The notes under the pieces were generated by a model, which was not told where the DNA came from, made no database searches, and saw only the letters and a list, made by a program, of their open reading frames with translations. A stretch of 63,885 nt of DNA, filler included, from Thermodesulfobacteriota bacterium (GTDB lineage: Bacteria > DASVDK01): the NCBI GenBank assembly GCA_036381125.1. It is 7 parts of 7 records of this genome, joined end to end, with 100 filler letters (N's around TTAATTAATTAA, not from the genome) between each part and the next. Parts side by side here need not be neighbours in the genome. Positions count along the whole stretch, not along the records: positions 1 to 18,957 come from DASVDK010000001.1; positions 19,058 to 23,045 come from DASVDK010000002.1; 5 more parts are not named here. One strand, written 5' to 3'. Of this stretch, positions 12,054 to 21,361 are shown piece by piece. A program made the position numbers and the translations under genes. The stretch's first letter is position 1. Each line of letters starts with the position of its first letter.

Positions 12054-12073
12054 GGTCGTCCCGGTGGTCTGCG

Positions 12074-13663
12074 TCACGGCGCGCCCAGCACGGCGAGCCG
12101 GCCGCCCCGATAGGGACGGTCGACGAGCATCGACGCGGCGGGCGCCGCGGAGGCATCGTGGTAGCGTACCACCACCCGCCCCCTCGGGTGGGCCGCCAGC
12201 CACGGCTCGACCTCGTCCGGCCCGATGACCGCCACGGGGGTCGTGAGCCGCCCGAGGAAGCCGAACTCCCCGTTGTACCCGCCGACCACGGCAAGCCCGT
12301 CGTGCTCGCGGGCCGCCAGCGCGGTCGCCACCGGCCGCAGATCGTAGCGGTCGGCCGCGACGCGGCTCCACTCGACGTGGGCGACGCAGAGGACGAGGAC
12401 CGTCATGGCGGCGACGCCCGCGACCGCGGTCGCGCGCGCGTGCGCCGTGCCGACCGCGAGCGCGATCGTGCCGACGACGAGCGCCGCGCCCGCGGCCGGG
12501 TCGAGCGCGGCGGCCCACTCGGGGGGCGGCGGGGCGCCCATGCGCTGCGCGGCCTGTACCGCCGACCCGGGCACGAGGACCAGGCCCATGCCGACGGCGA
12601 CCGGCAGGAGGGCCGGCAGGAGGAGATCGACGGCCCGCAGCGGCGCCGGCGCCGTGTCGAGCAGGCGGGCCACGAGGAGCCCGAAGGCCGGCAGGAGGGG
12701 CACGAGGTAGTGCGGCTGCTTGCCGCTCACGAGCGACATGAGCACGACCACCGCCGCAATCCAGACGAGGACCATCCGCTGGCCGTCGTCCGGCGCCTGG
12801 CGTGCTTCGGCGCGTGCGGCCCGCCACACGGGCGGCCAGAGGGACCAGGGGAAGAGCAGTACCGGCAGCAGCACGACGTAGAACCAGCCCGGCTGCCGGT
12901 GCGCGAAGGACGCGACCATCCGGCCTGCGGTCTGGCCCCAGAGGATCGCGCGCGCATAGTCCTCGCCGCCCGCGGCGGCGGCCGGCAGCGCCCAGGCCAG
13001 GGCGATGGCCGCGCCGATCGCGGTGCCGGCCGCCGCACCCACGTACCAGGCCGTCCAGGACGGCGCACGACGCTCGTGCTGCCAGACCGGCGCCAGGACC
13101 GGAACGGGGAGGAGGTGCAGCAGGGCGACCGGGCCCTTGACGAGGATGCCGAGGCCGAGCGCGGCGCCGAAGAGGACCCACCCGCGGCGATCCTCTCGCC
13201 GCCAGGCGAGGACCACGCCCGCGAGGCCGAGGGTGACGCAGGCGGCGAGGGGACCGTCGAAGAGGACGACCCCGCCGAAGAGCGCGAAGCTTGCCGTTCC
13301 GGCGAGGGCGAGGGCCGCGTAGCCCGCGAGGTCGTCACGGCCTGGCCAGAGGAGGCTGGCCAGGACGGCCGTGCCCACGATCGCGGCCAGGGCAAGCAGC
13401 GGCGGCACCAGGCGCGCCGCCGTCTCGCCCACCCCGGCGAGCGCCCAGACGGCGTCGATGGCCCAGTACAGGGCGGGCGGCTTGTGGCTGTACGGAAGGC
13501 CGTTCAGGTGCGGGACGAGGTAGTCGCGGCGTACGCGCATCTCCCACGCCACGCTGAGGACGCGCGTCTCGTCCACCGGCATGAGCGGCCGCGCGGCAAT
13601 GCCCACCCCCGCCGACGCCGCGAAGAGGAGCGCCGCGACCAGCACCATCCCCGCCGACCGCAT
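12074..13663 (-). CDS. ArnT-like membrane glycosyltransferase (GT-C)
   Basis: DETR..VAWEM, PHLNG.PY.HKPP, KGP, KQPHYLVP; polytopic membrane protein. Confidence 0.88.
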   Translation of the reverse strand: MRSAGMVLVAALLFAASAGVGIAARPLMPVDETRVLSVAWEMRVRRDYLVPHLNGLPYSHKPPALYWAIDAVWALAGVGETAARLVPPLLALAAIVGTAVLASLLWPGRDDLAGYAALALAGTASFALFGGVVLFDGPLAACVTLGLAGVVLAWRREDRRGWVLFGAALGLGILVKGPVALLHLLPVPVLAPVWQHERRAPSWTAWYVGAAAGTAIGAAIALAWALPAAAAGGEDYARAILWGQTAGRMVASFAHRQPGWFYVVLLPVLLFPWSLWPPVWRAARAEARQAPDDGQRMVLVWIAAVVVLMSLVSGKQPHYLVPLLPAFGLLVARLLDTAPAPLRAVDLLLPALLPVAVGMGLVLVPGSAVQAAQRMGAPPPPEWAAALDPAAGAALVVGTIALAVGTAHARATAVAGVAAMTVLVLCVAHVEWSRVAADRYDLRPVATALAAREHDGLAVVGGYNGEFGFLGRLTTPVAVIGPDEVEPWLAAHPRGRVVVRYHDASAAPAASMLVDRPYRGGRLAVLGAP

Positions 13664-13950
13664 CAGCGGCCGTCGACCAGGACGGGGGCCGGCGCGCGGC
13701 GGCGCGGCCGGTGGATCAGGATGAGGTTGCGGAGGTAGACGACGAGCCCGGCCGCCTGGCCGAGGATGAAGACCGGATCGCGGCGCCAGATCGCGTAGGC
13801 GAGCAGGGCCATGCCTCCGGCCAGGCTGAGGTACCAGAAGGCGAGCGGCACGACGCTCTCGCCGCGGCGCTCGCTCTGGACCCACTGCACGAGGAAGCGC
13901 GCGCTGAAGAGCGCCTGCCCGAGCAGGCCGATCAGGAGCCAGACGCGCAT
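13663..13950 (-). CDS. lipid A biosynthesis N-terminal (LAB_N) domain protein
   Basis: GQALFSARFLVQW..SE...SVVP.AFW.LSL.GG...YAI.R.DPVFILGQ. Confidence 0.9.
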   Translation of the reverse strand: MRVWLLIGLLGQALFSARFLVQWVQSERRGESVVPLAFWYLSLAGGMALLAYAIWRRDPVFILGQAAGLVVYLRNLILIHRPRRRAPAPVLVDGR

Positions 13951-13961
13951 CGCGGTCACCC

Positions 13962-14726
13962 TCAGAGGGGGGCGACGCGTGGGACGCGCGCCCGCCGCCT
14001 GAGCCAGAAGACGCCGGCCAGGTCCACGAGGCCGGCGAAGAGGCGGTCGAGCGTGCCGTATTTGGAGCGGCCCGCGCGCCGCGGACGGTGCCCGACCGGG
14101 ACGACGTGCACCGCGTAGCCCTCGCGCTGGACCAGGGCCGGGAGGAAGCGGTGCATGTGATCGAAGTAGGGCAGGTCGAGGAACGTCTCCCGGGCGAACG
14201 CCTTGAGCCCGCAACCCGTGTCCGCGACGCCGTCGCCGAGGACGCGGCTCCGCACGCCGTTGGCCACGCGCGACGAGACGCGACGCAGCCAGGCGTCGCG
14301 CCGCCGCGTCCGCTGGCCGGTCACGAGGCCGACCGGGCGCCCGGCCGACGGCGCGCCGAGCGCGGCGAGCATGGCCGGGATGTCCGCGGGGTCGTTCTGC
14401 CCGTCGCCGTCGAGCGTCACGACGACCGGCGCGCGGGCGGCCCGCACGCCGGTCCGGATGGCGGCGCTCTGCCCGTAGCGGCCGTCGTGCCGCAGCACGC
14501 GCAACTCGGGCCAGCGGGCGGCGGCCTCGGCCAGGCGCGCGGGCGTCTCGTCGGTGCTCCCGTCGTCCACGTAGACGACCTCGAATCGCCGGCCGGCCAG
14601 CGCCGCGCGGATCTCGGCGACGAGCGGCAGGACGTTGTCGGCCTCGTCGAGAACCGGGACGACGACGGAGACCTCGACCTCCGGGCAGGTGGTCGGTTCG
14701 GCCGCGAGACGGCGCGCGGGCTGCAT
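13962..14726 (-). CDS. GT2 glycosyltransferase (ArnC/Dpm1-like polyprenol-phosphate sugar transferase)
   Basis: SVVVPV.DE, VDDGSTD, LDGDGQNDP, DTGCGLK, HRFLPAL, SKYG. Confidence 0.92.
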   Translation of the reverse strand: MQPARRLAAEPTTCPEVEVSVVVPVLDEADNVLPLVAEIRAALAGRRFEVVYVDDGSTDETPARLAEAAARWPELRVLRHDGRYGQSAAIRTGVRAARAPVVVTLDGDGQNDPADIPAMLAALGAPSAGRPVGLVTGQRTRRRDAWLRRVSSRVANGVRSRVLGDGVADTGCGLKAFARETFLDLPYFDHMHRFLPALVQREGYAVHVVPVGHRPRRAGRSKYGTLDRLFAGLVDLAGVFWLRRRARVPRVAPL

Positions 14727-14735
14727 GACGCTCTT

Positions 14736-14767
14736 CTTATAGACGGCGCCCCTTACGCTACCCTTAC
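14736..14767 (-). promoter_or_regulatory. PmrA/QseB-type direct-repeat box and -10 for the GT2-ArnT-TCS operon
   Basis: CTTAC-N6-CTTAC (14752-14767, 11-bp period); TATAAG on the minus strand at 14736-14741. Confidence 0.55.
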
Positions 14768-14770
14768 GGT

Positions 14771-15577
14771 GTGCTCTTCGTCGCCTCGAAGCTCTTCTGG
14801 GCGATCGCGCAGCCGGCGGCGCTGCTCCTCGCGGGGCTCCTGGCCGGGGCGGCGCTCCTCTTCACCCGGTGGCGGGCCGCCGGCCGGGTCGTGGTCACCG
14901 TCACTGCGGCGGCCGCGCTGGCGCTCACCCTGACGCCGCTCGGCCCCTGGCTGCTGCGCCCGCTCGAGGACCGCTTCCCGCGGCCCGAGCGGCTCCCCGC
15001 GCACGTGGACGGCATCGTCGTCCTCGGCGGGGCCGCCGACGCCTGGGTGAGCCAGGCGCGCGGGCAGCCCAACGTCGGCGCGGCGGCCGACCGGCTCATC
15101 GCCGGCGCCCTGCTCGCGCGGCGCTATCCCGACGCGAAGCTCCTCTTCACCGGCGGCTCCGGGCGGCTCGGCGGGGGCCCGGACGAGGCGGCCCCCTCGC
15201 GCGCCATCCTCGAGGCGCTCGGCGTCGCGCCCGAGCGGCTCCTCATCGAGGCCCGCTCGCGCAACACCTGGGAGAACGCGCGGCTCTCCTTCCCCCTGGC
15301 CAACCCGACCCCGGGCGAGGCGTGGCTCCTCGTCACGTCGGCCTCCCACATGCCGCGCGCGGTGGGGGTCTTCCGCCGGGTGGGCTGGCCGGTGATCCCC
15401 TACCCCGTCGACTACGAGACCACCGGCGACCCCTCGCCGCCGCCCCCCTACTCGCTCCGGGAGGGGCTCGAGCTGGCGAGCCTCGCGCTGCAGGAGTGGT
15501 ACGGCCTCGTCGCCTACCGGCTGCTCGGCCGGACCGACCGGCTCTTCCCCGGCCCCGAGGACCGGGAGAGGCCGTGA
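14771..15577 (+). CDS. YdcF/DUF218 (ElyC-like) protein
   Basis: GIVVLGG, FTGGSG, EARSRNTWENA, LVTSASHMPRA, PVDY. Confidence 0.92.
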   Translation: MLFVASKLFWAIAQPAALLLAGLLAGAALLFTRWRAAGRVVVTVTAAAALALTLTPLGPWLLRPLEDRFPRPERLPAHVDGIVVLGGAADAWVSQARGQPNVGAAADRLIAGALLARRYPDAKLLFTGGSGRLGGGPDEAAPSRAILEALGVAPERLLIEARSRNTWENARLSFPLANPTPGEAWLLVTSASHMPRAVGVFRRVGWPVIPYPVDYETTGDPSPPPPYSLREGLELASLALQEWYGLVAYRLLGRTDRLFPGPEDRERP

Positions 15578-15660
15578 GGCGCCGGGCTCGGCGCCCGGGG
15601 CCCGTGCCGCCCCCGGACCGGGGGCACGGCGCGCGGGCCGCGGCCGCGCGGCAAACGCGG

Positions 15661-15794
15661 GCGGTCAGCCCTCAACCTGCTCCCGTCCGGAAACCGGCAA
15701 GACCTGACCCCATGGAAAACGGCAAGACCTGACCCCATGGAAACCGGCAAGACCTGACCCCACGGAAAACGGCAAGACCTGACCCCATGGAACC
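15661..15794. repeat. REP-like element: degenerate left arm plus four tandem 25-nt right arms
   Basis: GGAAA(C/A)CGGCAAGACCTGACCCCA(T/C) at 15689, 15714, 15739 and 15764; no spacers. Confidence 0.9.
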
Positions 15795-15832
15795 ACGCAG
15801 GCCGGGGCGTAGACTGCGCTCGCCAGCGGTGG

Positions 15833-16795
15833 CTAGCGGTAGACGACGAGGTGGTCGGTTCCCGACTCCGGCGCCCAGACCTCGCCGGGCCGGCCGAGGA
15901 TCTGGCGGACGTTCGCGGGGGACCTGGGGCTCGGGAAGACCTCGAAGCGCTCCGTCTCCGGGTCGAAGCGAACCACGGCGTTGGCGCCGAAGTCCGAGAG
16001 CCAGACCTTGTCCTTGTCGTCCACGTACACCGCGTACGCGCGCGGCCGCTCGCCCGGTAGCTTCCACGCCTTCCAGGCGCCCGTGGCCGGGTCGTAGCGC
16101 GAGACCTGGCCCGAGTTCCACTCGCTCACCCAGATGCGGCCCTTCGAGTCGGACCAGACGCGACGCGCGCCCTGCCCGGGCGTCGGCGGCTCGATGACCG
16201 TCGCCTCGCCGCTCTCCACGTCGATCCGCGCGATGTGGTTGCCGGCGAGCGACGCGTAGTAGATCTGGCCGTCCGGCGTGGCGGTGATCCCGTACGGCCC
16301 GCGGCCGCGCGGCGCGTCCCACACGCGCATCTCGCCGCTCCTCGGGTCGAGGCGGCCGTAGACGCCGTTCTGGCCGGTGAACCAGAGGACGCCGCGGCCG
16401 TCGAAGGCGGCCGTGTTCAGGTTGGCGTAGCCGCGGCCCTTCGGCAGCGGGTAGCGCGTGACCGCGCGCGTCCGGGGATCGACGCGGACGATGGCGTTCT
16501 GTCCGCTGTCGGTGATCCAGGGCGCGCCGTCGGGCCCCACGATGACGCCGTGGGGCGCCGAGCCCGGGCCGAGCGGGATCTGCTCGACCTGGCCCGTGGC
16601 GGGATCGAGGCGGCCGAGCGCCCCCTGGCGCTGCGCCGTGTACCAGACGGCGCCGTCCGGGGCGGGCGCCACGTCGTGCGGCCCGGCGCCGTCGGGCAGC
16701 GGGTAGGCGCGTGACGTGATCTCGGCTGCCGCCGGAAGGGCCGCGAGGACGAACGCGGCCGCGAGGGGGAGCGCGGGGATCAGGGCGCGAGACAT
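15833..16795 (-). CDS. secreted Vgb-family (streptogramin lyase-like) beta-propeller
   Basis: signal peptide; repeated blades PHDVAPAPDGAVWY, PHGVIVGPDGAPW, PYGITATPDG. Confidence 0.85.
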   Translation of the reverse strand: MSRALIPALPLAAAFVLAALPAAAEITSRAYPLPDGAGPHDVAPAPDGAVWYTAQRQGALGRLDPATGQVEQIPLGPGSAPHGVIVGPDGAPWITDSGQNAIVRVDPRTRAVTRYPLPKGRGYANLNTAAFDGRGVLWFTGQNGVYGRLDPRSGEMRVWDAPRGRGPYGITATPDGQIYYASLAGNHIARIDVESGEATVIEPPTPGQGARRVWSDSKGRIWVSEWNSGQVSRYDPATGAWKAWKLPGERPRAYAVYVDDKDKVWLSDFGANAVVRFDPETERFEVFPSPRSPANVRQILGRPGEVWAPESGTDHLVVYR

Positions 16796-16881
16796 GAGGC
16801 ACCTCCGTCGAGGGTCGCACGAACCGCCATGGGCTCGGTCGCCTACACGGCGTCGGCACGACCTGTGCTGCACGGGCCGGT

Positions 16882-17013
16882 GTGCTCGAGACCGCGCTCG
16901 CCTACCTGGGGCTCGTGGCCCTTGTCCTGGCGGCGGCTGCCGCCGCGGGCCTCCTCGTGCTGCACCTCGCCGCCTGGGTCATCGTCCGCCTCCTCGGCGC
17001 GGGTGATGACTAG
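16882..17013 (+). CDS. putative 43-aa small membrane protein (below the ORF-track cutoff)
   Basis: GTG..TAG encodes VLETALAYLGLVALVLAAAAAAGLLVLHLAAWVIVRLLGAGDD; GC-rich third positions; fills the gap and its stop overlaps the pntB stop. Confidence 0.45.
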   Translation: MLETALAYLGLVALVLAAAAAAGLLVLHLAAWVIVRLLGAGDD

Positions 17014-18410
17014 ACGTTCTTCAGCTCCTGTACCACCTTCGTGATCGACGTCTTCGCGTCGCCGAAGAGCATCGAGGTCTTCGGATCGTAGAACAGCTCG
17101 TTCTCGATGCCGGCGAAGCCGGGGTTCATGCTCCGCTTGAGCACGATGATCGACCGGGCCTGGTCGACGTTGAGGATCGGCATCCCGTAGATGGGACTCG
17201 ACCTGTCGGTGCGGGCCGCCGGGTTCACGACGTCGTTGGCGCCGATCACGATGGCGACGTCGGTGTTCTGGAAGTCGTCGTTGATCTGGTCCATCTCGAG
17301 AAGCTTGTCGTACGGCACGTTCGCCTCGGCGAGGAGGACGTTCATGTGCCCCGGCATCCGGCCGGCCACCGGGTGGATGGCGTAGCGCACCTCGCCGCCC
17401 CGCTTCTCGATCAGCTCCGCCATCTCGCGCACCGCGTGCTGCGCCTGCGCCACCGCCATGCCGTAGCCCGGCACGACGATGACGGAGCTGGCGTAGGCGA
17501 GCTGGACCGCGGCGTCCTCGGGGGTGATGGACCTGACCGTGAGCCCGGCCGCGCTCTTGCCGGAGGCGGCCTGCGTGGTCGCGCCGAAGGCGCCGAAGAG
17601 CACGTTGGCGAGCGATCGGTTCATCGCCTTGCACATGATCTGTGTCAGGATGATGCCCGACGCCCCGACCAGGGCACCCGAGACGATGAGCAGGTGGTTC
17701 TGGAGCACGAACCCGGTCATCGCCGCCGCGAGACCGGAGTAGGAGTTGAGGAGCGAGATGACGACCGGCATGTCGGCGCCGCCGATGGGGATGACGAGGA
17801 GGACGCCGAGGACGGCCGAGACGACGAGGACGGCGACGAGGAGCCCGGCGGCAGCGGGCGCGAGCGGGTCGACGACGACGGCGATGCCCGCGGCGGCCAC
17901 GGCCGCGAAGACCAGCGCGCTCAGCGGCTTCTGCCCGGTGAACGTGATGGGCTTGCCCGTCATGACCTCCTGCAGCTTGGCCCAGGCGACGACGCTCCCC
18001 GTGAAGGTGACCGCGCCGATGAGGAGCGAGAGGACGATCGTGGTGGCGACGTCCGCCGGGACGGGCAGGCCCTCGAAGAGGAGCCGGTCGTGCTCGGCCC
18101 ACCCGACCAGCGCGGATGCCAGGCCGCCGAAGCCGTTGAGTAGCGCCACCATCTGCGGCATCGCGGTCATCTTGACCGTGCGCGCCATGTACGCACCGAC
18201 GGCCGACCCGGCGACCAGCACCACGAGGAGCCAGCGGTACGTGGTCACCTTGTGGTCGAGGATCGCGGCGGCGATGGCGACGAGCATGCCGAGCGCGGCG
18301 TAGTTCATGCCGCGGCGCGCCGTCGCCGGCGAACTCATCCGCTTGAGGCCGAGGATGAAGAGGACGCTCGCGACGAGGTAGGCGATCTCGATGAGGTTCG
18401 CCGCCGTCAT
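17010..18410 (-). CDS. pntB: NAD(P) transhydrogenase beta subunit
   Basis: MTAMPQMVA, IGGADMPVVIS.LNSYSG, VPGYGMAVAQAQH, HPVAGRMPGHMNVLLAEA. Confidence 0.97.
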   Translation of the reverse strand: MTAANLIEIAYLVASVLFILGLKRMSSPATARRGMNYAALGMLVAIAAAILDHKVTTYRWLLVVLVAGSAVGAYMARTVKMTAMPQMVALLNGFGGLASALVGWAEHDRLLFEGLPVPADVATTIVLSLLIGAVTFTGSVVAWAKLQEVMTGKPITFTGQKPLSALVFAAVAAAGIAVVVDPLAPAAAGLLVAVLVVSAVLGVLLVIPIGGADMPVVISLLNSYSGLAAAMTGFVLQNHLLIVSGALVGASGIILTQIMCKAMNRSLANVLFGAFGATTQAASGKSAAGLTVRSITPEDAAVQLAYASSVIVVPGYGMAVAQAQHAVREMAELIEKRGGEVRYAIHPVAGRMPGHMNVLLAEANVPYDKLLEMDQINDDFQNTDVAIVIGANDVVNPAARTDRSSPIYGMPILNVDQARSIIVLKRSMNPGFAGIENELFYDPKTSMLFGDAKTSITKVVQELKNV

Positions 18411-18703
18411 TTCTCCGTCCCCGGCTTCTTCTTGAACATGTCGAGCATCCGATCGGTCACGAGGAACCCGCCGACCACGTTGATCATGGCGAAGACCACG
18501 GCGACGAGGCCGAGGATCGTGTTGAGCTCCCAGTCGCCCGTGCCGCCGACGAGGATGGCGCCCACGATGGTGATGCCCGAGATGGCGTTCGAGCCCGACA
18601 TGAGCGGCGTGTGGAGCATCTGCGGGACCTTCGAGATGACCTCGAAGCCGACGAAGCAGGCCAGGACGAAGATGAAGAGGGAGATGAGCAGCGTCTCGAG
18701 CAT
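18407..18703 (-). CDS. pntA: NAD(P) transhydrogenase alpha subunit part 2
   Basis: LHTPLMSGSNAISG...INVVGGF.VTDRML.MF. Confidence 0.95.
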   Translation of the reverse strand: MLETLLISLFIFVLACFVGFEVISKVPQMLHTPLMSGSNAISGITIVGAILVGGTGDWELNTILGLVAVVFAMINVVGGFLVTDRMLDMFKKKPGTEK

Positions 18704-18718
18704 GGCGTTCGGGCTCCT

Positions 18719-18957
18719 CTAGCCGACCAGCGCCGCGGTCGGGCCGTGGACGACCTTGCCGTCGCGCGTGATGCAACTCTCGCGGATGACCTCGTCGTCG
18801 AAGTCGAGGACGAGGTTCCCCTCCTTGTCGAGCATGTCCGCGAGGAGCGCGTGGACGTTGCGGGAGTACATCTGGCTCGCGTGGAAGGGGATGCTCGCGG
18901 GGAGGTTCGAGGCCCCCACGAGGAGGACCCCGTGCCTGACGACCTCGCGCCCCGCCT
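18719..18957 (-). CDS. pntA: NAD(P) transhydrogenase alpha subunit part 1, C-terminal fragment
   Basis: NLPA..P.HASQMYSRN...DFDDEVI; truncated by the contig end. Confidence 0.9.
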
Positions 18958-19057
18958 NNNNNNNNNNNNNNNNNNNNNNNNNNNNNNNNNNNNNNNNNNN
19001 NTTAATTAATTAANNNNNNNNNNNNNNNNNNNNNNNNNNNNNNNNNNNNNNNNNNNN
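18958..19057. other. artificial contig linker
   Basis: N-run flanking TTAATTAATTAA (stops in all six frames). Confidence 0.98.
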
Positions 19058-19187
19058 GGGGTCGTGGCGGGAGCGACGGTTGCGCACGCCACGACGGCCG
19101 GCGGATGGTCCGCCGGTGAAGGGCGCCCGGGGCGGACAGGCGTGGGTCGTGTGGCCGCCCCGGGGCGCCAGGTGGAGGAAAGAGACG

Positions 19188-19397
19188 ATGCTCGAAGCGA
19201 TCGCGGTCCTCGTGACGCTCGGGATCTTCGCTGTCGGCACCCGCCTGACGTGGCTCGCGCTGCTCGATCGCCCCATCACGCCGCGGACGCTCGTCGGGCT
19301 GCCGCGGCGCCGGCCGAGCGCGCTCGCGAAGACGGTGGACCGGATGCCGGAACCCGACGAGCACGCGGAGCGCCCGCGCGGGATCGGGAGCTTCTGA
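19188..19397 (+). CDS. hypothetical phage membrane protein
   Basis: GGAGG RBS, N-terminal hydrophobic helix, TGATG coupling to the next gene. Confidence 0.55.
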   Translation: MLEAIAVLVTLGIFAVGTRLTWLALLDRPITPRTLVGLPRRRPSALAKTVDRMPEPDEHAERPRGIGSF

Positions 19398-19735
19398 TGG
19401 CCACCACCATGGACGCCTCCGTCGCCTGCACGGCTGCGGTCCGCGCGCTCGATCGGCGGGTCCGGGCGCGGGAGGCCCGGGAGGCGCCGGCGGTGATCGC
19501 GCTCCGGGCCGCGTACGAGGGGGCGAAGGCGGTGCCGGCCCTCTGGCTCTGGCGGCGGTGGGCGGCCCGCTGCCTCGATCATGGCCTGCGCGACCCGCGC
19601 GCGGCGCGGCTCGCCGAGGCGGTCGCGGCGGACGTCATGGCGAACCTCCGGGCCGCCGGGGCCGATCCGGACTGGCGGCTCGCGGCGGCCGACGCCGTCA
19701 CGGCGACGAGCCGGTTCCGGAGGGCGCTCGGGTGA
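19397..19735 (+). CDS. hypothetical phage protein
   Basis: coupled on both sides (TGATG, GTGA). Confidence 0.6.
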   Translation: MATTMDASVACTAAVRALDRRVRAREAREAPAVIALRAAYEGAKAVPALWLWRRWAARCLDHGLRDPRAARLAEAVAADVMANLRAAGADPDWRLAAADAVTATSRFRRALG

Positions 19736-21018
19736 CCTGGGAGATCCGCGTCGGCGACTGCCGCGCCATCCTGCCGACGCTGCCCGAGGCGAGCGTGGAC
19801 GCGGTCGTGACCGATCCGCCCTACGGGTTGGGATTCATGGGCGTTCGGTGGGACACCTTCGCGAACGAGCGGCGCGAGCGCAAGGCGCGCGGGCGCTTCG
19901 ATCACGTCGGCGGGAACCACAACCCGACCTCGTCGGCCGATGCCGCGCGCACCCGGCGCGTCGAGGCGAAGCGGTACGGCCGATGGTGCCGGGCGTGGGC
20001 CCGCGAGTGCCTCCGCGTCCTCAAGCCTGGCGGGCACCTCGTCGCCTTCGGCGGCACGCGCACGTATCACCGCCTCGCGTGCGCGATCGAGGACGCGGGC
20101 TTCGAGATCCGCGATCAGATCGGCTGGCTCTACGGGTCCGGCTTCCCGAAGTCGCTCGACGTGAGCAAGGCGATCGACAAGGCGGCCGGGGCCGAGCGGG
20201 AGGTCGTCGGCAAGCGGCCGGCGATCCCTGGCGTAGCGTTCGAGCAGTCCGCGCCCTATGCGACCGGTCGTCGCGAGATCGAGATCACGGCGCCTGCGAC
20301 CGCCGCCGCGCGCCAGTGGGCCGGGTGGGGGACGGCGCTGAAGCCGGCCCACGAGCCGATCTGCCTTGCCCGGAAGCCCCTCGTCGGCACGGTCGCCGAG
20401 AACGTCCTCCGGTACGGGACCGGGGCGATCAATGTCGACGCGTGCCGGGTGGCCGTGCCTGCAGGGGACCGGACCGAGTACGGCGTCAACGGCGATGAGC
20501 AGTCCGAGCCGGGGTGGTCTGGTGGACTCGGGCGCGTAGCCTACGAACGATCCGCCCTCGGCCGCTGGCCCGCGAACGTCGTCCACGACGGGAGCGACGA
20601 GGTGCTCGCGATCTTCCCCGTCGAGGCCGGGGCCTTCGCCCCGGTGCGCGGGACCGAGCCGAGCCGTCCGGCGAAGCACACCTATGGCGAGTTCCGTCGG
20701 GGCGGTGGCGCCTTCCACGCCGACGCCGGCTCCGCCGCCCGCTTCTTCTACTGCGCGAAGGCCGACCGCGACGAGCGCGGTGCGGGCAACGCTCACCCGA
20801 CCGTCAAGCCGGTGGCCCTCATGCTCTGGCTCGTGCGCCTCGTGACGCCGCCCGGCGGGCTCGTCCTCGACCCGTTTGCGGGATCGGGCTCGACCGGGAT
20901 TGCGGCCCTACGGGCCGGCTTCCGGTGCCTCCTGATCGAACGCGAGCCCGCGTATGCGGAGATCGCCCGGCGGCGGATCGTCGGGGATGCGCCGCTGCTG
21001 CACGGGGTCGGGGCATGA
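19732..21018 (+). CDS. phage DNA methyltransferase (N4/N6, beta class)
   Basis: GDC, VTDPPYG, RVLKPGG, GSGFPKS, WPAN, HPTVKP, DPFAGSGST. Confidence 0.93.
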   Translation: MTWEIRVGDCRAILPTLPEASVDAVVTDPPYGLGFMGVRWDTFANERRERKARGRFDHVGGNHNPTSSADAARTRRVEAKRYGRWCRAWARECLRVLKPGGHLVAFGGTRTYHRLACAIEDAGFEIRDQIGWLYGSGFPKSLDVSKAIDKAAGAEREVVGKRPAIPGVAFEQSAPYATGRREIEITAPATAAARQWAGWGTALKPAHEPICLARKPLVGTVAENVLRYGTGAINVDACRVAVPAGDRTEYGVNGDEQSEPGWSGGLGRVAYERSALGRWPANVVHDGSDEVLAIFPVEAGAFAPVRGTEPSRPAKHTYGEFRRGGGAFHADAGSAARFFYCAKADRDERGAGNAHPTVKPVALMLWLVRLVTPPGGLVLDPFAGSGSTGIAALRAGFRCLLIEREPAYAEIARRRIVGDAPLLHGVGA

Positions 21019-21076
21019 CCCGCGCGGCGTGGCTCGTGCAGGTCGGCGGCGAGCGGGGGCGGGAGAGGAGACGCTG

Positions 21077-21361
21077 ATGTCACGGGGGCGACCGATCGAG
21101 ATCCCGGTCCGGCGCGCACACCTGGCGGTGCTGCTCCAGATCGCCATCGATAACGCGAGGCAGGCGGCCTATGGCCGGTACACGCGCGAGATGATCCAGC
21201 GCTACGCGGACGACCTCGGGCCGTACCGGACGGACATCCGACGAGCCATCGGCGACGGCCTCAACCCGTCGGACGAGGAGCGCGGCTTCGAGGGGACCGA
21301 GCGCGAGGCGTGGGCGCGCCTCTGGCGAGACCTCGGCGGCGAGCGACGGCGGCGACGATGA
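21077..21361 (+). CDS. hypothetical phage protein
   Basis: GAGGAG RBS; ATGA overlap with rusA. Confidence 0.6.
   Translation: MSRGRPIEIPVRRAHLAVLLQIAIDNARQAAYGRYTREMIQRYADDLGPYRTDIRRAIGDGLNPSDEERGFEGTEREAWARLWRDLGGERRRRR

Noticed and set aside
15689-15794. CRISPR array
   Set aside because: The 25-nt units are directly abutting with no unique spacers, and they match a dispersed REP-like arm.
15833-16795. Streptogramin resistance gene
   Set aside because: It has a signal peptide and only family-level propeller similarity; the resistance function is unsupported.
18958-19057. TTAATTAATTAA repeated six times as a biological motif
   Set aside because: Always embedded in identical N-runs; it is a contig-joining linker, so cross-linker gene associations were not inferred.
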